A stretch of 64,000 bases of DNA from Legionellales bacterium. GTDB lineage: Bacteria > Pseudomonadota > Gammaproteobacteria > UBA1113. The notes beneath the pieces are model-generated. The model searched no databases, was not told the DNA's origin, and was given only the letters and a program-made list of their open reading frames with translations. Made by a program: the position numbers and the translations under genes. The number at the start of each line of letters is the position of its first letter. The stretch's first letter is position 1. Positions 19,429 to 28,912 of the stretch are shown piece by piece. The DNA is taken from the NCBI GenBank assembly GCA_002707205.1, contig PAMH01000034.1:47337-111336 (forward strand). The letters run 5' to 3'.

Positions 19429-20445
19429 ATGGTAAAAAAAATTGCTTTTGCATTAGCAGCAATTGGAATTAGCAGCGCAGCTTTTGCAGGACATCCTGGT
19501 GATGCGGTTGTAGCACCTACAGGTGTTAACTTAATCGCTCCAGATAGCGTTGGCGTTTGGACAGTTGGATTAGAGGCTTTATACATGGAGCCAACTAATG
19601 CTGATTTTCAGTATGCGCAAGTTGATGATAACTCTACACCAACGAATACGTTCAAAAATAAATCAACTAATCCATCTCATGATTGGGGCGGTACAATTGA
19701 CGTTGATTACTTATTCCCAGGTAATAGCCGTGACGTGAAATTATCTTATACGCATTTGCATATGGATAATAACGATGGTAGCGTTTCAACAGTTGGTACA
19801 ACTAACTCTTTAAGCGAACCTTTTGGTATTGCTCCAGTTAACTTTGACGGTGCTAAAGGTAGTTCTGATAACGATTTAGATGCTGTTGATTTAGTATTCG
19901 GTCAATGGATTCGTATCGGTGAGCGTGTAGATCTTCACCCATTTGGTGGTTTACGTTATGCTAGCATCGACATGAATGATAAAGGTAAATACACTGATAG
20001 CACTGATCTTGCAAACTATGGTGTTGGTAAAGTTAAATCTGACTTTAGTGGTATTGGTCCACGTGCGGGTCTTGATGCAACTGTACACGTAGGTTCTGGC
20101 GTATCTTTTGTTGGTACAGTAGGCGCGTCTTTATTAGTTGGTGACCTTGATAGCAAGTTCTCTGGCACTGAATATGTAGCTGGTGTAGCTGATAATGGTT
20201 TCAATGCTAAAAATAGCGAAGATACACACGTTGTTCCTGAGTTAGATGCTCGTTTAGGTGTTAACTACACTTATAACTTTGATCCAGCAACTGCATTAGG
20301 TGTTGAGTTAGGTTATCAAGCAGTTAACTACTTCGATGTAGCTGATAAAGATATTATTGATGCAGGATTTCCAAATACTGTAAATAACTCTGAAGACTTC
20401 GGTTATCATGGTCCTTACTTAAGAGTTCAAGTATCTATGGCTTAA
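19429..20445 (+). CDS. MOMP family paralog 5
   Basis: MVKKIAFALAAIGISSAAFAGHPGD...GPYLRVQVSMA; AAGGAAGG RBS. Confidence 0.85.
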   Translation: MVKKIAFALAAIGISSAAFAGHPGDAVVAPTGVNLIAPDSVGVWTVGLEALYMEPTNADFQYAQVDDNSTPTNTFKNKSTNPSHDWGGTIDVDYLFPGNSRDVKLSYTHLHMDNNDGSVSTVGTTNSLSEPFGIAPVNFDGAKGSSDNDLDAVDLVFGQWIRIGERVDLHPFGGLRYASIDMNDKGKYTDSTDLANYGVGKVKSDFSGIGPRAGLDATVHVGSGVSFVGTVGASLLVGDLDSKFSGTEYVAGVADNGFNAKNSEDTHVVPELDARLGVNYTYNFDPATALGVELGYQAVNYFDVADKDIIDAGFPNTVNNSEDFGYHGPYLRVQVSMA

Positions 20446-20470
20446 TTTTAAGTACATATTTATTTGTGAA

Positions 20471-20496
20471 AAAGCCGAGCGTAGCTCGGCTTTTTT
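20471..20496 (+). terminator. Rho-independent terminator after the MOMP array
   Basis: AAAGCCGAGC-GTA-GCTCGGCTTTTTT. Confidence 0.75.
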
Positions 20497-20835
20497 GTGC
20501 ATAATGAAAAATTAATTAACTAAGAGTTTCTTATGCTTATTGAGTAAAGTATAAGTATCACACTGTTGTATACTAAGCAGTGATACTGTTATTGATTGAC
20601 TAAAAATTATTGAGTTTAAATTAAATAAAATGATTTTCGCTTTGAATAATAAATACATACATACCCAAATGACTGTAAACTGTATGGAATAATTTTATTT
20701 TATCTGCACCTGAAGATTTTCTCGAGTTATTTGTGATATTTTCCATGGAATGTTTAATGAAATAAAAATTTTTTATTATAATTTGTATTGCCCAGTAATG
20801 ATGTATGTGATTAATATTTAGCGTATGTAAGTCGT

Positions 20836-21939
20836 TTAACTTTCATTTTTATTAATAATCATTTGATTATCGATTATAATAGTTTGACTTGCTTGATGCC
20901 GATTAAGCTGGTTAATAATGTCATAATATGGGTGCATAATAAAAAATTCGATTGAAATATAACTGGCAACTAACACAAAAAGCCAAGTCGCCAGCAAAGA
21001 TTTAGAGGCATGTGTGACATCTGATTTTCCATCAAAATAGTTAAAACAGCAGCGCCAAATGAAGTAAGTTAAGGAAACTATAACGGCATAAAAACAAAAT
21101 GCATATATGTAGTTAAAGTTGTCTTGATACAAGTAAATAAATAAAGCCATAGAAGTTAACCCAAATAACCCAATAGCCGCTAGATAAGTATTTAATTTTT
21201 TGCAATGACGACCTTTCCATAAGTAAAGTAAAAGTAGAAAAGTTGGTAACACAATAAAAATAGTTTGATATATTGATTGCTGTGGTAATAGATTTGGTAA
21301 TCCTCCCATGGGTAAAATAATCGCTGGCAAGAATAAAGTAAAAAATGTTAAGAAAATACCTAAACTTTCTAAGATCTTTCCTAAAAGTTGTTCTCTGTAT
21401 TTTAGAAAGATATATAAAACAAATAGTCCAAGCATGTAATAGTAAAAATGCAGGGTATTTAAACCTTCATACAAAAAAACCAATACAAGTAAAGCAAAAC
21501 CCGCAAATAAGCCAAATCCAGCTAATACGCATAAAGCTCTAGGTTTATTGTCAGTTAAAGGCTTTGCAAATAGATGATCAAAAACACTAAGATAACCAAG
21601 AAAGATTAACAATAAGCCAATGATACCGCCTGGCTCAACTAGAATAATCTGCGGTAATAAATCATGTGGTAGCGAGGAAATACTTGGATAGCCAAGAGTG
21701 GTTAGATTAAAATTCATAAAACCAACATAGCAAAATAAACTCATAAGTCCTAGTAGGTATAAAATAGTTGTATAAGCATTGTTATGTCTTTTAGGTACAT
21801 CTGCAAGGCACGTATGGTAAAACATGAATGGGGCGGTAAATATTGTATATCCCAGTAAAAGTAACACGGCCCACAATGAAAACAGTGGTATTTCTAGCTG
21901 AAGAAAGCCGATAGCAATATGTAAATTTCCAATACCCAC
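20836..21939 (-). CDS. Polytopic inner-membrane protein (~10 TM) of unknown function
   Basis: 367-aa, highly hydrophobic ORF. Last gene of an apparent 3-gene minus-strand operon with the CMD and TraI_2-like genes. Confidence 0.5.
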   Translation of the reverse strand: MGIGNLHIAIGFLQLEIPLFSLWAVLLLLGYTIFTAPFMFYHTCLADVPKRHNNAYTTILYLLGLMSLFCYVGFMNFNLTTLGYPSISSLPHDLLPQIILVEPGGIIGLLLIFLGYLSVFDHLFAKPLTDNKPRALCVLAGFGLFAGFALLVLVFLYEGLNTLHFYYYMLGLFVLYIFLKYREQLLGKILESLGIFLTFFTLFLPAIILPMGGLPNLLPQQSIYQTIFIVLPTFLLLLYLWKGRHCKKLNTYLAAIGLFGLTSMALFIYLYQDNFNYIYAFCFYAVIVSLTYFIWRCCFNYFDGKSDVTHASKSLLATWLFVLVASYISIEFFIMHPYYDIINQLNRHQASQTIIIDNQMIINKNES

Positions 21940-22021
21940 GAATACTTCCTGAGTTTGTATAGCCTTATAATGTTAGTTTAGCGCATTTTGGCGCATTGGG
22001 TGCTGTATCACTGAAGAAATC

Positions 22022-22384
22022 TTATTGTTGTTCGAGTACTTCTTTTAGTGTACCAAGAGCTTCCACACAGCTTGGAAAGCCAACACAGCCAATAAGAAAT
22101 ATAATTAACTCAATAATCTCTTCTTTTGTCCAACCAACATTTAACATACCAAGAAAGTGGGCATGTAGTGGTAAGCCTGTTTTACCTTGTCCAATCAGAG
22201 ACGAAACAACCGCTATTTCGCGTGATTTATCTGTTAATCCTGATCTGCTATACAAATCGCCATAGGCAAAATCAACAACATATTTAGCAAAATCTGGTGA
22301 AATCGTTTGAAAGTTATCAATAATGGCGTCAGCATTGTTTCCTAAAATCTCCACAATTCGTTGTTTACCTTGTTGAGTGTTCAT
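22022..22384 (-). CDS. Carboxymuconolactone decarboxylase (CMD/AhpD-like) family protein
   Basis: 120 aa. Recalled resemblance to the CMD-family region IIELIIFLIGCVGFPSCVEALGTL. Confidence 0.6.
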   Translation of the reverse strand: MNTQQGKQRIVEILGNNADAIIDNFQTISPDFAKYVVDFAYGDLYSRSGLTDKSREIAVVSSLIGQGKTGLPLHAHFLGMLNVGWTKEEIIELIIFLIGCVGFPSCVEALGTLKEVLEQQ

Positions 22385-22402
22385 TTTAGATATATCCTTT
22401 TT

Positions 22403-23749
22403 CTATTTTTTGGGATTCAATTGTAAATTTTGCGTAAGCGTGGGATAGTGTGCGGTTATAGTATTAGTTGTTTGTAGTGTTGATTGTGTATTTTGAGTGG
22501 TTAATAATGTTGGATCTAAAATAAAGACTGTCTTTGATTGTGGTTTATTAAATCCACCTAAATTTACAGTTGATACTTTATGATGCAAAATATTTGTTTG
22601 TTTTTTTGCAAGTCCAAGGTCTTGTAAGGATTTTAAAATTTTTTGCGGATCATTGCCTAATCTGGGATTTTCAGTTAAAAAGCTTTTAATGACTTCAGGG
22701 TGAAAAACAGCAGCACCATCTGATACAAAATGAACTAATCTATCTGTTCGGCGGCTTACGCCCTCAATTGAATTTTTTAACCACTCAATAAAAAGTAACC
22801 CATATTCTGCAGTGCCACTGTAGCCACTGATATCTGTGGAGGTAATAGCAATGCCGGGTGTTTTACCAATTTCATGTGAGAAATTATTTGTTTTAGTAAA
22901 TTGTGTTTGCTCTTGTTTGCTAAAATTTACATCATTGTTATCAACGGGTTGGTTTTCATTATGATTAATATAGTCGTGTGATGCGGTTGCAATTAATGCT
23001 GATTCTAAATTTGGATTTTGTAATATTTTTTCCTCTATAGGTAAGATAATTTCAGCAATAAATCCACTGCGTTCAACATCATTTTGTAAAAAGGCAAGCC
23101 AAGCTTCAAATAGTAATTTATCCGAACTAATCCAAACAAATCCTTCGTGTGGCATCATATTTTTGGCTAAAATTGGACTGGTATAATTTGCAAGTATATC
23201 TCTGTTGATAGATTCAGTTGTATAACGATAGTGTGTACCTTTTTGTGCCGACATGTTACTTTCCATTGGATTCCATCGATGTCCATGAAAACCATTGCTG
23301 TCACATAAGGAAATCCAATAAATTGCTGGGATTTGACCAATTCCCCTGAAAAAAGCTGCTGTGAAAATTGCGTAGGTTAACAAGGCTGCACTTGCAGGGA
23401 TTTCATCAGGTTTAAGATTTTTTACGGGATTATTTTTTCGGTGTGCAACGAGACTGTCAATGGTACGTCGTATGCCTAATTCAAGAAAACCATTATGTTT
23501 ATTAAAAGCTTCATATTTCACAGCGGGTAATGCTTGAATAAATTCAATGTAATTATTTATTACGGGTTGATAGAGTACTTGCCAGTAATCATCGGTGATA
23601 TATACAAGATTTTTGATGCGAGAAATGAGTAACTGCATTTTTTTGTTGCTTAACACCATTTGAGCAGATGTTACTGTGTAATGCGGGGGAATTTTTCGTT
23701 GAATTTTAGTTTTACTAGACTGATTTTTGGGCGCCACTTTTTTAAACAT
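22403..23749 (-). CDS. Hypothetical protein with an N-terminal region resembling the TraI_2 (PFGI-1-class relaxase) HD-type domain; the HD motif appears degenerate and there is no helicase/relaxase C-terminal part
   Basis: YTVTSAQMVL...YQPVINNYIEFIQALPA...GFLELGIRRTIDSL...FRGIGQIPA...HGHRWNP. Pattern similarity to TraI_2 N-terminal domains is recalled from memory; it is not database-verified. Confidence 0.3.
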   Translation of the reverse strand: MFKKVAPKNQSSKTKIQRKIPPHYTVTSAQMVLSNKKMQLLISRIKNLVYITDDYWQVLYQPVINNYIEFIQALPAVKYEAFNKHNGFLELGIRRTIDSLVAHRKNNPVKNLKPDEIPASAALLTYAIFTAAFFRGIGQIPAIYWISLCDSNGFHGHRWNPMESNMSAQKGTHYRYTTESINRDILANYTSPILAKNMMPHEGFVWISSDKLLFEAWLAFLQNDVERSGFIAEIILPIEEKILQNPNLESALIATASHDYINHNENQPVDNNDVNFSKQEQTQFTKTNNFSHEIGKTPGIAITSTDISGYSGTAEYGLLFIEWLKNSIEGVSRRTDRLVHFVSDGAAVFHPEVIKSFLTENPRLGNDPQKILKSLQDLGLAKKQTNILHHKVSTVNLGGFNKPQSKTVFILDPTLLTTQNTQSTLQTTNTITAHYPTLTQNLQLNPKK

Positions 23750-23855
23750 TGAATTTTACCTGCGTAGAATATTCGCTCCTTGAATTCGGAGAATTGTACA
23801 ATAAAAAATCAGGCGGTACAAGGCCGATCTGAAAATTTATTTGCTTAAAAAGTTA

Positions 23856-24998
23856 TTAAGGGAGAAATATTTCTAATAAATTATTCAGATAACGTCTACC
23901 ATGCGCTGTCACAATCAGCATTTTATGATTGTAGGTTATGAAGTTTTGAGATTTTGCTTGCTGTAGATAAGGTATTAATACATCAATAGGTAATCTTGTA
24001 CGCTCAGAAAACAAATCAAAAGACAGGGATTGTGTTAAACGTAAAGCATTGAGCATAAATTCAAAAATACAAGTTGCTTGATCGATTTTAATATCTTGAG
24101 CGTCAGAAAAAATTTTAGCCATATATGCTCTTGGTAATTTGTATTTTTGGCGGCGTAAAATTTTTTTTGAATGCATGCAAGTTATTTTACCATGTGCACC
24201 AGCACCAATACCTAGGTAATCACCAAATTGCCAATAATTAATGTTATGCTTGCATTGACTGTTGGGCTTAGCGTAGGCAGAAATTTCGTATTGCTGATAG
24301 TTATTTTCAGCTAATAAATTCTGTCCTAGACTATGCAATTCTGCAATATAATCTTCCGTGGGTAATGATGGTGGATGTTTATAAAAAACTGTATTTGGCT
24401 CTAGTGTTAATTGATACCATGAAATATGTTCAGGTTTTTGTAAAATAGCATGTTGTAAGTCTTGTAAGCCGGCATCAATCGACTGTTCAGGTAAACCAAA
24501 CATTAAATCAAGATTAATATTTTTAAAGCCAGCTGTCCGAGCGTATTCAATAGCATGTAGCGCTTCATCTGCATTATGAATACGTCCTAATTTTTTTAAG
24601 TGTTGTGCATTAAAAGATTGAATACCTAAGGACAAACGGTTAATACCCGCTTGACGGTATTGAATAAAGTTTTTGATATCAATAGTTCCAGGATTTGCTT
24701 CTAAAGTAATTTCAGCCGTTTTATCAATACTGACTAATTGATTGATACGATCAAGTAATTCTTGAATACTATCACCAGAAAATAAGCTAGGTGTTCCACC
24801 ACCAATAAAAATGGTTTCTATTTTTCGATTGTTACTGAGTTCTAAGTCTATTTTTAAATCAGTGATGAGCGTATTAATATATTCTTTTTCTGGGATTAAC
24901 TTCCCCAGATGGGAATTAAAGTCACAATAAGGGCATTTTTTTACACACCAAGGTAAATGTATATAAAGTGATAAAGGAATATTATTTTGTGTAGTCAT
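23856..24998 (-). CDS. hemW: Radical SAM heme chaperone HemW (oxygen-independent coproporphyrinogen-III oxidase-like)
   Basis: CPYCDFNSH radical-SAM cysteine motif near the N-terminus; ~380 aa. Confidence 0.85.
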   Translation of the reverse strand: MTTQNNIPLSLYIHLPWCVKKCPYCDFNSHLGKLIPEKEYINTLITDLKIDLELSNNRKIETIFIGGGTPSLFSGDSIQELLDRINQLVSIDKTAEITLEANPGTIDIKNFIQYRQAGINRLSLGIQSFNAQHLKKLGRIHNADEALHAIEYARTAGFKNINLDLMFGLPEQSIDAGLQDLQHAILQKPEHISWYQLTLEPNTVFYKHPPSLPTEDYIAELHSLGQNLLAENNYQQYEISAYAKPNSQCKHNINYWQFGDYLGIGAGAHGKITCMHSKKILRRQKYKLPRAYMAKIFSDAQDIKIDQATCIFEFMLNALRLTQSLSFDLFSERTRLPIDVLIPYLQQAKSQNFITYNHKMLIVTAHGRRYLNNLLEIFLP

Positions 24999-25512
24999 AT
25001 TGTTTCATAATAGGTAAAAATATTTCAGTGATACACACAGTTTTCTGTTCTATGATGAAAATAGATCGGCGTGCATGTAAATTATCTGCAGTTTTAGCGA
25101 TAGAAAAATGTTGCATGAGAAAGCTTTCTTGCTGAACAAAACCGTATTCAAATGGGCTGCGTAGTATATTATTTTTTTGATAAAGAAATGCTTGTCCAAT
25201 GGGCTTTGTTCCAAGGTTATCAAATGTATTCTTATAAGTTTTATAAAGTGCTGAACTAATTACGGTACGTGCACAAACTGCCGCCTTGCCATCAAGTGTG
25301 TGCATAATATGTCTAACAAGCGCGCTACTTTCTTGCTGTACAAGTAAACTCCGTTCTTCTTGGGGGATGATTTCTTCGGCTTGATGGATTAAATAAAATT
25401 GGTGCTTACCTGCTGTTTGTAGGAGTGCAGTGAGATTGCCGCTAGCATTTAGCCACTTTTTCATAGCGCTATTATTTTTTATTAGTTCGTTTTTTTGCCA
25501 GCCGTAATTCAT
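24982..25512 (-). CDS. ubiC: Probable chorismate-pyruvate lyase
   Basis: ~175 aa; the C-terminal ...ITEIFLP resembles E. coli UbiC ...LTELFLPAS; overall length and layout fit. Confidence 0.45.
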   Translation of the reverse strand: MNYGWQKNELIKNNSAMKKWLNASGNLTALLQTAGKHQFYLIHQAEEIIPQEERSLLVQQESSALVRHIMHTLDGKAAVCARTVISSALYKTYKNTFDNLGTKPIGQAFLYQKNNILRSPFEYGFVQQESFLMQHFSIAKTADNLHARRSIFIIEQKTVCITEIFLPIMKQYDYTK

Positions 25513-25600
25513 GTGAAAGCTATCTGTATATTTTTTTTAATTTTACGCGATATTTTTTTTATTATCAAAAGTAAGCTATGATGTAAAAAATCAGTACAAT

Positions 25601-26413
25601 TTGGAATCGTTAATTATGATAGCTGATGCCCTTGAAATGTTAAAACAGATTGTCATAGATGTTGGTGATGAGATTTTGCAATGCTATGGGGACGTAGATT
25701 CTCTAGATGTAAAGCACAAAGAAAATAATACGCCGGTTACTATGGTTGATGAAATGGCACATCAACGAATTTCACAAGCTTTGAAATTATTAACACCAAA
25801 AACGCCGGTCTTATCTGAAGAAGGTAAACATTTGTCATTTGAACAACGTACTAATTGGTCTGAATATTGGTTAATTGATCCATTGGATGGTACAAAAGAA
25901 TTTATTGCTAAGACAGGTGATTTCAGTATTAACATTGCTTATATTAAAGAAAATCTACCTATATTTGGCATTGTTTATGCCCCTGTCACAGGTGAGTTGT
26001 ATTATACACATGAAGGTATTGCTTATAAAAAAAAGCGTGGGTCTGTCCCAAAAATAATACAAACGGCAGCGACGACTAATACATTACGTATTGCTGTGAG
26101 TCGACATCACCGCGGTGAAAAGCTACAAGCTTTTCTTGCAAAATTAAAACAATATGAATTGGTTATTATGGGTAGCGCATTAAAACTTTGCCTTGTTGCT
26201 GAAGCAAAAGCGGACATTTATTTGCGTTTAGGGCCTACTTCTGAGTGGGATACCGCTGCCGGACATCATATTCTTGCTTGTGCAGGAGGCAGACTGCTGA
26301 ATTTACAAGGTGAGGAATTGCAATATAATACCAAAGCATCATTACTTAATCCCGCTTTTATTGCATTGGGCGATCCTAATTTTAAGTGGCGGCATTTATT
26401 GAATACTTTATAA
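25601..26413 (+). CDS. cysQ: 3'(2'),5'-bisphosphate nucleotidase CysQ (inositol monophosphatase family)
   Basis: VLSEEG...WLIDPLDGTKEF...WDTAAG IMPase motifs. Confidence 0.8.
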   Translation: MESLIMIADALEMLKQIVIDVGDEILQCYGDVDSLDVKHKENNTPVTMVDEMAHQRISQALKLLTPKTPVLSEEGKHLSFEQRTNWSEYWLIDPLDGTKEFIAKTGDFSINIAYIKENLPIFGIVYAPVTGELYYTHEGIAYKKKRGSVPKIIQTAATTNTLRIAVSRHHRGEKLQAFLAKLKQYELVIMGSALKLCLVAEAKADIYLRLGPTSEWDTAAGHHILACAGGRLLNLQGEELQYNTKASLLNPAFIALGDPNFKWRHLLNTL

Positions 26414-26421
26414 ATTTAATT

Positions 26422-26895
26422 TTATTTGAGGTCTAATGGTAACCATAATAACTCAAGCGATACTTTGGCATGTTCTAAAATATCTTTAATAGAATATATA
26501 AAATTTAGTTTATCTTCATGACAAATTTCAATAAAAAGTGAGTCCGCTCCTAGCGTAATTAATGAAATTATTTGTGAGACTTTGCTCAGTAATACGTTAT
26601 AAGCATTTTGCTTATTCATGGTTTTTTCATATTGATAATTTATATGCGTTGGTTTTATACTTGTCAATGAGAGTTTTTTTTCAAACAAAGTCTCGAACAA
26701 GAAGTGTACCTCCGCCCCTAGGGAGCATAGTATTGAAAAAAAATTTTGACTATCTCTGGTGCAAGCCTGCAGAAAACGCGTAGCCGTAGTTAAATGCAAA
26801 AGTGAAATGACGCGAGAAAAGTCTGTATGTAATGTATTGATCAACATGGTTGAAGATATTGGGCTGATTTGACTATTTAGTGATCTGTTGTCCAT
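26422..26895 (-). CDS. Hypothetical 157-aa protein transcribed divergently from the S24 repressor; a candidate target gene of that repressor
   Basis: ORF with no recognisable motifs. Convergent with cysQ with an 8-nt gap; shares its promoter region with the repressor gene. Confidence 0.4.
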   Translation of the reverse strand: MDNRSLNSQISPISSTMLINTLHTDFSRVISLLHLTTATRFLQACTRDSQNFFSILCSLGAEVHFLFETLFEKKLSLTSIKPTHINYQYEKTMNKQNAYNVLLSKVSQIISLITLGADSLFIEICHEDKLNFIYSIKDILEHAKVSLELLWLPLDLK

Positions 26896-27066
26896 TGTCG
26901 TTTCTCCTACATAGACGCTAAAATAGAGGACAGATGTAATGCCTGTTTTAATTTTGCTTTAGCGTAAAAATATACATTTTTTAATGCTAATGTGTTTATA
27001 AGTTGATGATTGTTAAATTAATCACACACAGATAAAAAGAGTACAAAATCTTTGTTGTTAACTCAC

Positions 27067-27085
27067 AAAGAGTATTTTACTCTTT
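27067..27085. promoter_or_regulatory. Candidate operator: perfect palindrome AAAGAGTA-TTT-TACTCTTT; a related half-site AAAGAGTAC lies at 27036-27044
   Basis: Inverted repeat in the divergent promoter region between the 157-aa gene and the XRE/S24 repressor. Confidence 0.35.
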
Positions 27086-27174
27086 AATTTCTGTTTGTCA
27101 ACTTCCTTTTTTTTAAAAAATCAGGTAGAATCACCGTATTAATAAAAAACAAAATCTAATAAGGAGTTACCCTG

Positions 27175-27816
27175 ATGCGCTTTATGACAGTTAGCCAGAT
27201 ACTTAAACATTTAATGTTTATGGAAGATATTCGCGTTTCTGAATTAGCACGCAGAGTCAATATACCGCAACAAACGTTACAGCGCGTCGTTGCAGGATTA
27301 AGTCCAAATCCACATGAATCAACTTTAAAGCCGCTAGCTGCATATTTTCAAATAACGGTTGAGCAACTTAAGGGTTTTCAAGAAATTCCTGGTCTTGCTG
27401 CAGCATTTGACCCAGATAATAGTCCATGGAAAGAATTACCTTTGCTAGATTGGGATGAGGCGGGTAAATTAAAACAGTTGACGCCAGAATTATTGGCTGA
27501 GAAAAAACGCATTTTAACAGAAGCAAAAGTAGGTCAAAATGGTTTCGCATTACAAATGCAAGACTCTTCAATGGAACCTGTATATCCAGCAGGTACTATA
27601 TTGATTGTTGATCCAACTTATCCATTAAGCGATAGACTTTATGTAATTGTGCGTTTACGTGGCGAAAGTCGAGCGATTATTCGTTGGATTACAACAGATG
27701 GCCGTGATTATTATCTAAAATTATTGAATCCAGATTTATCTAATCATTTAGTAAAATTAACGCCTGAAGATGAAATTTGCGGCGTTGTGGTACAAGCAAA
27801 ACGTGATCTGGTATAA
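27175..27816 (+). CDS. XRE-family HTH plus S24 peptidase (LexA/CI/HdiR-like) self-cleaving repressor
   Basis: N-terminal HTH SELARRVNIPQQTLQRVVAG. C-terminal S24 domain with Ser in QDSSMEP and Lys in YYLKLLNP, matching the LexA Ser/Lys dyad layout. Confidence 0.7.
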   Translation: MRFMTVSQILKHLMFMEDIRVSELARRVNIPQQTLQRVVAGLSPNPHESTLKPLAAYFQITVEQLKGFQEIPGLAAAFDPDNSPWKELPLLDWDEAGKLKQLTPELLAEKKRILTEAKVGQNGFALQMQDSSMEPVYPAGTILIVDPTYPLSDRLYVIVRLRGESRAIIRWITTDGRDYYLKLLNPDLSNHLVKLTPEDEICGVVVQAKRDLV

Positions 27817-27855
27817 TTTGCTAGATCAATAATATTCAACATAAAGGAGTTTTTT

Positions 27856-28848
27856 ATGCCGAATAAGCGCGTGAAAGTTGCTGTTACTGGTGCTACTGGT
27901 CAAATTGGGTATGCACTATTATTTCGTATCGCCTCGGGTCAAATGTTTGGCCATGATACCGATGTGGAATTACAATTACTTGAGCTAGAACCTGCATTAC
28001 CTGCACTTGAAGGCGTTGCAATGGAGTTAGACGATTGTGCTTTTCCTCGCTTGAAAAATATTGTTTGCACGACTGATTTAAACGTCGCCATGAGAGATGT
28101 AAACTGGAGCTTACTGGTTGGCGCAGTGCCTCGTAAAGCAGGTATGGAGCGTTCAGATTTACTGGAAGTGAATGGTGGAATCTTTACTAAACAAGGTCAA
28201 GCTATTAATGATAATGCAGCTAACGATGTTCGTATTCTGGTTGTTGGAAATCCTTGTAACACAAATAGCTTAATCGCGATGAATAATGCTAAAGATGTCC
28301 CTAATGACCGCTTTTATGCGATGACAATGCTAGATGAAAAACGTGCACGAATACAATTAGCTAAAAAAGCGGGCGTAGATGTTACTGATGTTTCACATAT
28401 GGCTATTTGGGGCAATCATTCTGCAACACAATTTCCTGATTTTTATCATGCAAAAATTGCAGGTAAATCGGTAACTGACGTTATTGATGATACCGCATGG
28501 TTGCAAAATGATTTTATCAGCACCGTGCAACAGAGAGGAGCAGCGATTATCAAAGCGCGCGGTGCTTCATCAGCAGCATCTGCAGCTAATGCCATTGTTG
28601 CAAGCGTTTATAATGTTGTGCATGATACGCCAGCCAATGAATGTTTTTCATTAGCAAAATGTTCACAAGGGGAATATGGTGTTGATGACGGTTTAATTTT
28701 TTCTTATCCATGCCGTACTGAAAATGGCGAATTAAAAGTTATTGAAGGTATTTCTCATGATGGATTTGCGAAAGATAAGTTTAATGCAACTTTAGATGAG
28801 TTACGTCATGAGCGTGATATTGTGAAAGCAAAAGGACTGTTGGGCTAA
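27856..28848 (+). CDS. mdh: Malate dehydrogenase (LDH-like MDH type 2)
   Basis: [12 protein letters not shown]ossmann motif, VVGNPCNTN, and the catalytic IWGNHS region. Confidence 0.9.
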   Translation: MPNKRVKVAVTGATGQIGYALLFRIASGQMFGHDTDVELQLLELEPALPALEGVAMELDDCAFPRLKNIVCTTDLNVAMRDVNWSLLVGAVPRKAGMERSDLLEVNGGIFTKQGQAINDNAANDVRILVVGNPCNTNSLIAMNNAKDVPNDRFYAMTMLDEKRARIQLAKKAGVDVTDVSHMAIWGNHSATQFPDFYHAKIAGKSVTDVIDDTAWLQNDFISTVQQRGAAIIKARGASSAASAANAIVASVYNVVHDTPANECFSLAKCSQGEYGVDDGLIFSYPCRTENGELKVIEGISHDGFAKDKFNATLDELRHERDIVKAKGLLG

Positions 28849-28862
28849 TATTGCTTGTATTT

Positions 28863-28895
28863 AAGCATATTCCTGCTTTTTGTGAGAATATGCTT
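28863..28895. terminator. Hairpin between the convergent mdh and 722-aa genes
   Basis: 10-bp stem AAGCATATTC / GAATATGCTT with a 13-nt loop; a T-run follows shortly after. Confidence 0.45.
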
Positions 28896-28912
28896 ATAAT
28901 ACTTTTTTTAAA

